64,000 nt of DNA from an uncultured Chloroflexia bacterium. GTDB lineage: Bacteria; Chloroflexota; Anaerolineae; JAAYZQ01. Shown piece by piece: positions 18,171 through 28,461 of the stretch. The notes below the pieces were generated by a model. It was not told the DNA's origin, did not search any database, and worked only from the letters and a program-made list of their open reading frames with translations. The stretch spans positions 832,001-896,000 of the forward strand of contig CAVOXA010000001.1 of the NCBI GenBank assembly GCA_963700285.1, read 5' to 3'. Each line of letters opens with the position of its first letter. Position 1 is the first letter of the stretch. Made by a program: the position numbers and the translations under genes.

Positions 18171-21100
18171 ATGGCAAAGACGGTATTGTGGCGAGAAGAA
18201 TTCAAGGGCCGTGTTGTCGTCGGCGAGAATGCAAATCGCATTCTCCTCGTGACGTCTTTCGTATCTGAGAGCCCACCCCCACCCGTACTACCGGACCCCA
18301 TTCTGAAGTACGATTTTTCTGACAACGTCGGCCCGACGGTAGCGGACAGTGGCCAGGGTGACCCATATAGTCTAACTGTCAGCGATCCCCAGAAAGTGGA
18401 CTGGGGCGTGAACTGTCTCAAGCTCAGTCCCCAGGTCAGCCTGTCTGGTGGATCTCAGCGCCAGCAAGTTGATGGAAGCCCTTCGGGCCAGTAACGAGGT
18501 GACCGTCCTGGTTTGGGGCATTCCTGACAACAGCTCGCAGGCATTGGGCAGGATCCTGTCCCTGGGCGGGGATATTAATACACATAACCTCCTGTTTGCG
18601 CAGAACGCTGGCTGGTTACGTGTCAGGTGCAGAACATCTAACACGCCGGACGATGGCTCACCCAGCCTGGACAGCTCTGCAAACACAATCACGCCCTCTC
18701 TCTTGCAAATGGTGTACACCCGCGCGTCCGATGGGACAGAGGCCATCTATATCAACGGCAAGGTAGAAAGTGCAGATAGCACGCGCCCCGGCGACTTTAC
18801 TAACTGGGGCAACTATTCCCTCGTTCTTGGGAATGAGATCACTGGTGACCGTGGCTGGTCCGGTGTCCTGGTCGATGTAAGGCTGTATGCCGAGGCATTG
18901 TCTGTCCAGGCCATCCTGGAGCTATACAAGTCAGGGCCTGGAGCATACCGACTGCCTGACGATCAGGGCACTGTGCCCGAGGCCCTGTTCTCTGCATCGC
19001 CTACGACGCCTCTTGTGGGCGAGACGGTCCAGTTCAAGGACGAGTCCACCGGATCGCCGACCTCCTGGCTCTGGACCTTTGGGGAGGGAGAGGGTACCAG
19101 TACTGAGAAGAACCCGAGCCACATCTACAATAGGGCAGGAGAGTACACGGTAACCCTGACGGTCTCCAATGCCAATGGATCCTCTTCGGCTACCAAGACG
19201 GCCTACATCAAGGTGAGAACAGAGGTACTCCAAGCCCTGTTCTCTGCATCGCCTACGACGCCTCTTGTGGGCGAGACGGTCCAGTTTAAGGACGAGTCTA
19301 TCGGATCGCCCACCTCCTGGCTCTGGACCTTTGGGGAGGGAGAGGGTACCAGTACCGAGAAGAACCCGAGCCACGTCTACAATAGGGCTGGAGAGTACAC
19401 GGTAACCCTGACGGTCTCCAATGCCAATGGATCCTCTTCGGCAACCAAGACGGCCTACATCAAGGTGAGAACAGAGGTACTCCAAGCCCTGTTCTCTGCA
19501 TCGCCTACGACGCCTCTTGTGGGCGAGACGGTCCAGTTTAAGGACGAGTCTATCGGATCGCCCACCTCCTGGCTCTGGACCTTTGGGGAGGGAGAGGGTA
19601 CCAGTACTGAGAAGAACCCGAGCCACGTCTACAATAGGGCAGGAGAGTACACGGTAACCCTGACGGTCTCCAATATCTATGGATCCTCTTCGGCAACCAA
19701 GACGGCCTACATCAAGGTAAGAGCAGAGGTGCTCGAGGCCCAGTTCTCTGCGTCGCCTACGACGCCTCTTGTGGGCGAGACGGTCCAGTTCAAGGACGAG
19801 TCTATCGGATCGCCCACTTCCTGGCTCTGGACCTTTGGGGAGGGAGAGGGTACCAGTACCGAGAAGAACCCGAGCCACATCTACAGTAGGGTAGGAGAGT
19901 ACACGGTAACCCTGACAGTCTCCAATGCCAATGGATCCTCTTCGGCAACCAAGACGGCCTACATCAAGGTAAGAACAGAGGTGCTCGAGGCCCAGTTCTC
20001 TGCGTCGCCTACGACGCCTCTTGTGGGCGAGACGGTCCAGTTCAAGGACGAGTCTATCGGATCGCCCACTTCCTGGCTCTGGACCTTTGGGGAGGGAGAG
20101 GGTACCAGTACCGAGAAGAACCCGAGCCACATCTACAATAGGGCAGGAGAGTACACGGTAACCCTGACGGTCTCCAATGCCAATGGATCCTCTTTGGCAA
20201 CCAAGACGGCCTACATCAAGGTAAGAGAAGAGGAATTGACCCTAGTAGCACAGTTCCGCATGTCCAGGGATAGTGGCTATGTGCCGCTCGACGTAGACTT
20301 TTACGATGAGAGCCAGGGCAACCCTGTTCGCTGGGAATGGTCATTTGGGGATGGTGCGAACAGCAGCTTGCAGAATCCCTCGCACCAATACAAAACCGCC
20401 GGAGGCTACACGGTTACCCTGGTGGTTCATGATGCGACTGGCAATACGGACAACACCTTCCAGACAATAACGGCTTGGGAGGAAAAGGAACCTCCGCCAC
20501 GGCCAGAAGGTGAGGATGGCGTGACGGTTGTTGATCTGCCATTCCCGCGTGCCGCCACAGCAACTTATACGCCGACCCGGTATGTCGACGATGCCCGGGG
20601 CAATGATAGCAACGACGGGCGCGGCCCGGGCGGGGGCGCCTGGAAGACCCTCGGTAAGGCAGGGTCATCCGCGAGCGCTGGCGACGTGGTGCTGGTTGCG
20701 GCTGGCACCTACACCTCCCCGCTAAGAATAACTGGCAATGGCACAGCGAGCAATCCCATTGTCTTCCTCGGCGATGGCGACCATGGTGAAGTGGTCATCA
20801 AGCCCAGCAGCCAGACACCAGGCATCGTGGCTGAAAACAGAAAGTGGGTATTGGTCGAGAACTTTTACGTGGACTGGAACGCTGGCTACGATGAGACCAT
20901 GATAGATGTCCAGGGGGCAGAGCACTGCACGTTCCGTAGAATCACCGCCACCAATGGCAAGAACGCCCGACAGGCACATGAGAGCCAGAGCAACAACGCC
21001 CGCGGCATGAATGCCTATTCCACGCAGAACTGCTGGTTCGACCAGGTGGTTATCGCCGGATCCAAGATTGGGGCCAGCTTCGGCAAGGCAGGCGGCTACA

Positions 21101-22362
21101 ACTATATCAGCTACTGCGTCTTTAAGGATTGCGGCAAGCACAACATGACCTTTAACGATGCGGAAACGGCGGGTTGCACGAACTATGAGCATCCCAACCA
21201 CCCGTACAACACCCTTTTCTATCGCTGCTGGTTCGACCGGGTATGGACGGGCGACAATATCCAGCACGTCTCGCCCGGCTGTTTCAACCCAAACTGGCAG
21301 AACAAGTGGGCCTTCCGAAACATCATCTACAAACAATGTGTGTTCAGCAACTCAGCAGAGAACGCGCTAGACCTGAAGGACAGCCGCAATATCTATCTTG
21401 ACCAGTGCATGTTCTATGCAGGCGTCGGTTCGGACGGGTGGCAGAACCCCTTTGACGAACACGCGCCGACCGTGAACGTAGGTGCAGAGTCCAACGGGGA
21501 GATGTGGACTATCCGCAAGAGTATCTTCTGGGATTGCTCCCCTGGGCCAACCTCCTACTGGCAGGGGTATGTCGCCGCCCACAATACAATGATACACTGT
21601 AACCGCAACCAAAAAGGTCCCGGCAACGATACGATGGTTACTGGGCGGGCGGTGGGTTACTACGGTTTCCGGCATAATAAGGCGGGACGGGACCAGATGA
21701 TTGTCAACAACCTCATCTTTGACCAACTGGGCGCCGAGGGAAGCTGGAGCGCCGCGACGGACGCTAACTGTCGCATTGACGGCAACGCCTACGGTGAGAA
21801 CAGGGGCGGCGATGGCCTCAAATGGGCAAAGGTCAAAAGCTCTTCCAACAGTTGGGACGGCACCAACAGCTTTAGCAACTGGCAAAGCTGGCTGGCTGGC
21901 CTGGGGGTTAAAGGCGCGGATGCAAACGGTATGGCCGACATCTCGCCGCCATTCAAGAATGTGCCTGCCTATCCAGACTGGGAAACGGATGGCAACCATC
22001 TAGAAGGGAACTATGACTTCAGGCCCAAGGAATCCAGCGAAGTGGTCGGTGCTGCTGCCACCATGGCCGTGACCACCAACTCTGGCGGCAGGACCGATGA
22101 GGTCATCGAGGTCGACAACGCTTACCCGTTCTGTGATGGCTTTGGGATGATGGTCCCCGACTATGTCAGGATTGCCGGTAAGGAAAGGGCAGAGATTGTC
22201 AGCGTGAGCTACTCGCAGAGGCGAATCACCATCAAGAACCCGGGCATCACCTGGAGCCAGGGCGACCGGGTCGATTTCGACTATGACGACGAGCACGGCG
22301 GGCCAACCATCGGTGCACTGCAACCGGGGGACGAGAAATGGTGGGAGACTGTGGCCCTCTAA
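18171..22362 (+). CDS. Large LamG + 6xPKD + right-handed beta-helix protein (one frameshift near 18448)
   Basis: GGAG RBS and ATG at 18171 (MAKTVLW...KYDFSDNVGPTVAD is a LamG start). It joins the 18448-22362 frame if one base is removed near 18447, matching the LamG domains of the 9257 and 22473 proteins. PKD motifs WLWTFGEG and WEWSFGDG; beta-helix from YVDDARGNDSNDG. Confidence 0.75.
18982..20229 (+). repeat. Five near-identical 252-bp tandem repeats encoding 84-aa PKD domains
   Basis: Unit starts at 18982, 19234, 19486, 19738 and 19990 (exact 252-bp period); only scattered substitutions between copies. Confidence 0.97.
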
Positions 22363-22472
22363 TATGCAAGCAAAAGAATCTGGGACGCGATCAGGTTGGG
22401 ACATAACACGCTGGTGCGCTGGCCTGCAGGATAAGCCTGCTGGCGCGGCAGGAACGCGAAGGAGTGAGAACC

Positions 22473-23273
22473 ATGGCTGAGACCATACTATGGCAGCATG
22501 AATGCCCGGGTCAAATTGCGACTGAGCTCATCGATGGCATCATTCATGTGGTGTGCTACGCAGACGATGAGCCGCCACCACCGCCACCCGGTCGAGTGAC
22601 AGAGGGACTGCAGCTACTGTATACCTTTGACGAGGGTGGGGGTACCGTCATCCGGGATCGGTCTGGCGTTGGGGTTCCACAGGACCTTCTGTTGGAGAAC
22701 GAAAACGCTGTGGCCTGGGTCCCCGACGGTGGCCTGGTCGTCAACAGGCCGACCATCATCTCGTCTGCAGATCCCGCGACCAAGATCTCGAACGCGGCCA
22801 TGGTCAGCAACGAGATCAGCCTCGAAGCCTGGGTCAAGCCAGCCAACATCACGCAAGATGGGCCAGCGAGGATCATCAGCCTGTCAGAAGACTTTAACCA
22901 CCGAAATTTCCAGCTAGCCCAGACGGCAGAGATCTATGACGTACGCCTCCGTACCACGGAAACCACCGAGAATGGCCGGCCTTCGTTGTCCACACCGTTC
23001 GGCTCTCTCACCGCCGATCTGACCCACATAGTCTATACTCGGGCAGCCTCAGGCATGGCGCGTATCTATGTTGGCGGCGAGTCTGTCGTAGGTAGGGTCG
23101 TGCCAGGCACTTTTGCCAATTGGGACCAGGGCTATCGCCTTGCGTTGGCGGACGAGTTGGTAGGGAGCCGTACCTGGCTGGGTGGGTATCACCTGATCGC
23201 GGCGTACAGCCGGGCGCTGAGCGCCGACGAGATCGCCCAAAACTTTAGAGTAGGGCCTAGACTGACCGCCTAA
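22473..23273 (+). CDS. LamG-like jellyroll domain protein with short N-terminal module and poly-Pro linker
   Basis: AAGGAG RBS; RVTEGLQLLYTFDEG, EISLEAWVKP, THIVYTR, YSRALS; closely similar to the C-terminal domain of the 9257 ORF. Confidence 0.8.
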   Translation: MAETILWQHECPGQIATELIDGIIHVVCYADDEPPPPPPGRVTEGLQLLYTFDEGGGTVIRDRSGVGVPQDLLLENENAVAWVPDGGLVVNRPTIISSADPATKISNAAMVSNEISLEAWVKPANITQDGPARIISLSEDFNHRNFQLAQTAEIYDVRLRTTETTENGRPSLSTPFGSLTADLTHIVYTRAASGMARIYVGGESVVGRVVPGTFANWDQGYRLALADELVGSRTWLGGYHLIAAYSRALSADEIAQNFRVGPRLTA

Positions 23274-23367
23274 CCGCAGCGCAAGGATTCGCGAACCGGT
23301 CCGTCTGGAGCCAGGCCGCTGATTCGGACTGGGCGACAACCAATCTGGTCATTCTGGGTCCATCCCA

Positions 23368-23401
23368 AGCAGCCCCCCTGTGCTTTGACAGGGGGGCTGC
23401 T
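23368..23401 (+). terminator. GC-rich hairpin downstream of the LamG gene (possible terminator)
   Basis: AGCAGCCCCCCTGT-gctttg-ACAGGGGGGCTGCT, perfect 14-bp stem; no clear U tract. Confidence 0.5.
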
Positions 23402-23481
23402 GTCTGTCGGATTCTCTTGCCACGCCAAGCATGGCATTGGAGACTTGTCTCCTTGTCTCCCCTTTCGGTAGCCCGAGCAGC

Positions 23482-23510
23482 TTGAATTGAAACCAACTCT
23501 GTGTTATCAT
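23482..23510 (+). promoter_or_regulatory. Promoter candidate for the oxidase/cyclodeaminase pair
   Basis: TTGAAT-N17-TATCAT with extended -10 TG. Confidence 0.5.
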
Positions 23511-23541
23511 AGGGACCATCAATTCACAGAGAGGTCAGCAC

Positions 23542-24696
23542 GTGGGTGAATGGAAAAGCAACGCTCAAGTCGCTATCATCGGTGGTGGCATCATGGGGGC
23601 CAGCGCGGCCTATCACCTGGCCAGACGGGGTTGTACGGACGTGGTCGTTCTGGAGAAGGACTTGTTGGCGCAGGCGTCCACTGGTTTAAGCGCGGGTGGC
23701 TTCCGCCAGCAATTTTCGCATCCGTCCAACATACGCCTGTCACAGGAAGCGGTCCGCGTCTTTGAACGCTTTGAGGAAGACTTTGGCGTAGACATGGATT
23801 TCCGGCAGGTAGGCTATCTGTTCCTGGCTCAGAGCGATGGTGTCTGGCAGGAATTTCTGGACAACGCGGAACTCCAGCGTCAGCACAATGTCCCGGTCGA
23901 GGTGCTGTCGCCCGATGAGATCAAGTATCGCTGGCCGTATCTGGAAGTGGATGATCTGTGTGGGGGTACTTTTTGTGCAGAAGATGGCTACGCCGATCCC
24001 TACATGGCGGCCATGGGTTTTGCCAACACTGCTCGGCGATTGGGAGTGCGCATTGAAGAGCAGACACGGGTCACAGCCATCCAGGTGGACGCTGGCCGGG
24101 TACGCGGCGTCGAGACCACACGCGGACCAATCTCGACGGAGACTGTCGTAGACGTGGCTGGCCCTTGGGGGGGACAAGTGGCCCAGATGGCAGGATTTGA
24201 CCTGCCGGTCAAACCCTACCGCCGGCAGGTCTTTGTGACACAGGCATTTGAGGCCATCCCCAAGCCGGTACCCATGATCCTTGACATTGAACCGGCCTTC
24301 TACTTCAGGGGCGAGGGGCCGGGCATCCTGATGGGCATGAGCGACCCCGACGAGCCTTCAAGTTTCAACCTCAACGTGGACTATTCGTTCCTGGAGCGTG
24401 TGATCGACAAGGCTATCCTTCGGGCGCCCATCCTGGAGGAAGCCGAGATCCTGCGAGGCTGGGGCGGGTTGTACGCTGTCACCCCCGATGACAACCCGAT
24501 CATCGGCGCACTGCCGGGCATCGAGGGGCTGTTCTGTGCCATCGGCTTCTCTGGCCACGGCTTCCAGCAGGCGCCCACGGTGGGCCGCATTCTGAGTGAG
24601 CTGATATTGGACGGCGAAACTGATTTTGACTTGAGCCCATTTGTTCACGACCGATTTGGCAGGGTCACCGGCAAGGCAGAGACGCGCGTGGTCTAG
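23542..24696 (+). CDS. FAD-dependent oxidoreductase (DAO family; sarcosine oxidase beta/proline dehydrogenase-like)
   Basis: IIGGGIMG FAD motif, STGLSAGGFRQQF, WGGLYAVTPDDNPIIG, GFSGHGFQQAP. Confidence 0.9.
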   Translation: MGEWKSNAQVAIIGGGIMGASAAYHLARRGCTDVVVLEKDLLAQASTGLSAGGFRQQFSHPSNIRLSQEAVRVFERFEEDFGVDMDFRQVGYLFLAQSDGVWQEFLDNAELQRQHNVPVEVLSPDEIKYRWPYLEVDDLCGGTFCAEDGYADPYMAAMGFANTARRLGVRIEEQTRVTAIQVDAGRVRGVETTRGPISTETVVDVAGPWGGQVAQMAGFDLPVKPYRRQVFVTQAFEAIPKPVPMILDIEPAFYFRGEGPGILMGMSDPDEPSSFNLNVDYSFLERVIDKAILRAPILEEAEILRGWGGLYAVTPDDNPIIGALPGIEGLFCAIGFSGHGFQQAPTVGRILSELILDGETDFDLSPFVHDRFGRVTGKAETRVV

Positions 24697-24843
24697 GATC
24701 GTTGTTGGTGCGCTGTGGCTCACTGGCCTGTCCTCGGGGCCGGATCCGCCCCAGGGACGGGGGCTCGAGCGAGTTCCGTACCGAATACCACTTTGGACCG
24801 TCAGGCTTTTTCGTATTTCCAGGGAGATTGGGGGCAAAAGACA

Positions 24844-25833
24844 ATGATGCGAATCCTCTCGGGCGCCGATGTGCGACAGGCTGTGACAATGGCCGAGGCC
24901 ATACAGGCTGTCAAGGGTGCTTACGTGCAGCTATCTGCGGGGCAGGCGGTGGTACCCCTGCGAACGCCGGTCCCCGTAGAAAGGCGGGAAGGTGTGACGC
25001 TGTTCATGCCGGCCTACCTGTCCGCCAGCGATGCCCTGGGGGCCAAGATCGTGTCGGTCTTTCCCGGGAACCTGGCGCGAGGCCTGCCCCTAATTCACGC
25101 AGTGGTGGTGGTGGTGGATGCGGAAACGGGACGGCCAATCGCGCTCATGGATGGTACCTATATCACGGCCCTGCGTACTGGCGCGGCTTCGGGTGTGTCT
25201 ACTGACTTGCTGGCCAGGTCTGATGCCCGGGTTGTGGCTGTTTTCGGTGCGGGGGCCCAGGCGCGCACTCAACTGGAGGCGGTCTGCACCGTGCGACCCA
25301 TCGAGAAGGCCTGGGTCTATGACACGATGCCGGACAGGGCTGTGGCCTATTCCCGGGAGATGCGGGCACGCGGCCGGCCAATTCCCACCGATATCGTGGT
25401 GGCTGACTCACCGGCCGACGCACTGCGCGAGGCGGACGTGGTCTGCACGGCGACCACCTCCTCCACACCCGTGTTTGATGACGCGGATTTGAAGCCCGGC
25501 GTCCACGTGAGTGGGGTCGGCGCCTACACCCACGAGATGCAAGAGATCCCGGCTGAGACGGTCGTCCGCGCCAAGGTGGTTGTGGACTCCCGGGTGGCCA
25601 GCCTGGCCGAAGCGGGGGACCTGATCATACCGCTGGCAGAGGGGCTGATCACCGAGGCCAGCATCCACGGCGAGATCGGCGAGGTAGCAGCAGGAAAGAT
25701 CCCGGGCCGCGAGTCAGACACAGAGGTCACTTTCTTCAAGTCAGTGGGACTGGCGGTCCAGGATGTGGCGGTTGCTGAGTTGATCCTGCAGCGCGCGGTG
25801 GACCTGGGTCTTGGCGTCGAAGTGGCGTTGTGA
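24844..25833 (+). CDS. Ornithine cyclodeaminase/mu-crystallin family protein
   Basis: LFMPAY, KIVSVFPGN, ITALRTGAASG, FGAGAQA, FFKSVGLAVQD. Confidence 0.9.
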   Translation: MMRILSGADVRQAVTMAEAIQAVKGAYVQLSAGQAVVPLRTPVPVERREGVTLFMPAYLSASDALGAKIVSVFPGNLARGLPLIHAVVVVVDAETGRPIALMDGTYITALRTGAASGVSTDLLARSDARVVAVFGAGAQARTQLEAVCTVRPIEKAWVYDTMPDRAVAYSREMRARGRPIPTDIVVADSPADALREADVVCTATTSSTPVFDDADLKPGVHVSGVGAYTHEMQEIPAETVVRAKVVVDSRVASLAEAGDLIIPLAEGLITEASIHGEIGEVAAGKIPGRESDTEVTFFKSVGLAVQDVAVAELILQRAVDLGLGVEVAL

Positions 25834-25873
25834 TCCAGAGGAGCTGAGCATACGCATGGGCAGGATCAGCGGG

Positions 25874-26950
25874 TCATGGTCCCAGCGCCTCGTCCAACAG
25901 CTCCCAGAGGTCGAGCACGTCAACGAACGTATCCAACTCGTTGGCGAGTCGGCCGGCACCGCGTAGCAGTGTAGGCTGGCAGGTGGGGCAAGCTGTCACG
26001 ATGGTGTCGACCCCCACTGCCGCGGCGTCGCGGATGCGGTTCTTGGATACCTCGACGGCCAGATCGCGATCCACATCCAGTACCCCTCCGCCACCGCCGC
26101 AGCAGGTGGAAAAGATGCCGTGGTGCTCCATCTCTACAAGCTCGAGCCCCAGGGCTTCCAGGATCTGGCGCGGCTCCTGGACAATACCCAACATCCTGCC
26201 CAGGTGGCAAGGGTCGTGGTAGGTTACCCGTTTGTTGAGGGGCTTCAGGTCCATCTCCTGGATCTTTTCCGCCACTGCCACTAGTGCGTTTTTGACCTTC
26301 AGTCCGTACTTGTCACGCAGCGTGGCCGTGCAAGTGGGACACACTGTCAGGATCTCTTCCTCCAGATGCGTTCCGTATACCTGCCGGAATCGAGCCTGGG
26401 CGAGTTTGAACTCGTCCTCAAAGCCAATAGCCCCCACGATGTAGCTGCAGCACACTTCGTCGGACACCAGCGGGTCGATGCCCACTTTTTCCAGAACCGA
26501 TACAATCTTTTTGACCTCGTGGGGTTTGCTCTGGTAGGCGCAGCCCAGGTAGAGGGGTGTGGTTCCTATGCGGCGGAACGGTGTGGGCCGTGCGAAAAGC
26601 GTTCCCTCGTCCAAGATCTTGGCTGATGTCCGTTCGTGCCTGGGTGATGCGTAACCGGCTTGCCTTAGCTCCTGGCGGACTGAACCAAAGATTTCCATGT
26701 TGTTGAGCGCGCAGCGGGCCTCGCAGTAGCCGCACATGAGGCACTCGTCCATTACCTCCTGAATCTCAGCAGAGGGTTCCAAGATGCCCTCAATGAGACC
26801 GCGGGCAACCAGCATTCGGCCCCGGCTGGAATAGGTCTCCAATCGCTTCACCCGGTAGACTGGGCACTCTTCGCGGCAAAAACCGCAGCGCGTGCGGTTG
26901 CAGGTATAGATATCTTCTGTGAATTGTTTCAAGGATGGGAACTCTGCCAT
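25874..26950 (-). CDS. Fe-S/CCG-domain oxidoreductase subunit (GlcF/HdrD-like)
   Basis: CNRTRCGFCREECP and CLMCGYCEARC ferredoxin motifs, YHDPCHLGR, TCCGGGGG, TACPTC; GAGGA RBS before ATG at 26950. The ORF track fuses it in frame to the upstream gene's tail. Confidence 0.85.
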   Translation of the reverse strand: MAEFPSLKQFTEDIYTCNRTRCGFCREECPVYRVKRLETYSSRGRMLVARGLIEGILEPSAEIQEVMDECLMCGYCEARCALNNMEIFGSVRQELRQAGYASPRHERTSAKILDEGTLFARPTPFRRIGTTPLYLGCAYQSKPHEVKKIVSVLEKVGIDPLVSDEVCCSYIVGAIGFEDEFKLAQARFRQVYGTHLEEEILTVCPTCTATLRDKYGLKVKNALVAVAEKIQEMDLKPLNKRVTYHDPCHLGRMLGIVQEPRQILEALGLELVEMEHHGIFSTCCGGGGGVLDVDRDLAVEVSKNRIRDAAAVGVDTIVTACPTCQPTLLRGAGRLANELDTFVDVLDLWELLDEALGP

Positions 26951-28436
26951 CAAAGTCCTCGCTTCTAGGGTCTCGATCCACCGCGACTCGAACTTTTTCC
27001 CAGGATTCATAATGTTCTTGGGGTCAAACAGTCCCTTTACCTCTTTCATGTATTGGTAGCTCAGCCCATGCTCGCGTTCGTTAAAGCCTCCCAATCGGTC
27101 TCCGTCGCCGATGTAGGTGCTCATGGTACCCTCCAGCTCGACTGCCTTGAGGCTCATTTCTCTCACGTACTGGTAGAACTTGTGCACCGTCTCCTCGGTC
27201 GAGTCGTCCACAAAGATGGCAAAGCTGATGCTGGGGCTGACCTTGTTCGGTGACTCGTTGTAGACCGTCATGCCCAGGATCTGCTGGTCGTACCTGGCCG
27301 CAATCTCGAGGAAGGCGTGGTACATCTCTTCCAGCCGCCCAATGGGCACGCCCACGTCGGCCGAGCCGAACTTTTTCTCGCGCTGGCTGTCGGGCCACTT
27401 TTGTTTGAAAGGGCATGAAGGCCAGCCGGTGTTTGCTGTCCCAGTAGCCCTCCACCATCTCTTGTTCGCGGACCAACTCGGCCTGGAATTCGTCCTCGAG
27501 GATGGCCCTGGCTTTCTCCAGGCCAAAGTCTACGACGTCCTCGTCGCCGGCGAAGGACAGAAACAGGATCGATTCCGCCCAGTCGGGAACCTCGGGCTCG
27601 CTTGCCGTAGTGTTCGACGGTAGGCATGGGTGTAGAAATGCAGTCGCTGGCGGCAGTTCAGGTGGGCGCTCTCCACGCTGAGACCGCTGGCCAGGGTCCG
27701 CTCCAGAGCCTGCGCCCCATCGATCAAGCGTGGGGAAAACCCAGCCCCGCACTTCTCGCGTCTTGGGCAGCGTCACCACTCGCAGTGTGGCTTCGGTAAC
27801 TACACCCAATGTCCCTTCCGAGGCCACCAACAGGTGCATCAAGTTGTAGCCGGTGGACGAGAAGGATGCCTTGCGGTGCCCAACGCGCACCGCTTCGCCA
27901 CGACCGGTAACCACAACGGCGTTGGTCAGGCAGTCCAGGATCTTGCCGTAGCGGACGCCAAAGGTCGAGTCGTTGTCGCAGCCGATGGATGCGCCGATGG
28001 TGCAGGCTCGTTTGCTCTCCGGTTGGTGGGGCAGCCACAGTCCAAAGGGAGCCAGGTACTCGTTCAGTTCCCAGATGGTGATGCCGGCCTGGACCGTGAC
28101 AGACATGTTTTCGGGATCGATCTCCAGTACCCTGTTCATGCCCTTTGTCTCGATCATGATGCCGCCTTTCCAGGCGACCACCCCTCCCCCCATACCTGTC
28201 CCTCCGGCAAAGGGTATTAGGGGTAGTTCGTACTGCAGCGCCACTTGGACGACCTGGACAATCTCCGCCGTGTCCTGTGGGATGACGACGATATCTGGCA
28301 GGTCCGTCATCTGTTTGTACCGGGGGCTCCAGTCTCGGCTGTAGGCCATGCGGTGCAGCATGCCATCCGTGGCCCGTTCTCCCAGGACTGCTTGCAGTTC
28401 TGCCAGTGCTGGTTTGACCCTGTCCTGATCCGTCAT
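26951..28436 (-). CDS. FAD-binding oxidoreductase (GlcD/D-lactate dehydrogenase-like), interrupted by several frameshifts
   Basis: GGAGGA RBS; PFAGGTGMGGG, TIGASIG, GYNLMHLLVASEGTLGVVTEATLR, C-terminal KGLFDPKNIMNPGK; frame changes between about 27420 and 27730. Confidence 0.8.
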
Positions 28437-28461
28437 TGTCTCCTCCAGAACCTGCAGGGAA

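Noticed and set aside
18931-20130. 399-aa repetitive minus-strand ORF
   Set aside because: Antisense shadow of the PKD tandem array; it has no independent coding signals.
18982-20229. Possible CRISPR array or DGR template/variable repeat pair
   Set aside because: Units are contiguous 252-bp in-frame coding repeats with no spacers; no cas or reverse transcriptase gene is in the window.
25874-27526. Apparent in-frame fusion of the GlcD C-terminus with the Fe-S subunit
   Set aside because: An internal RBS and a TGATG junction at 26950 suggest two coupled genes, and the junction borders the indel-rich zone; fusion is unsupported until reads are checked.
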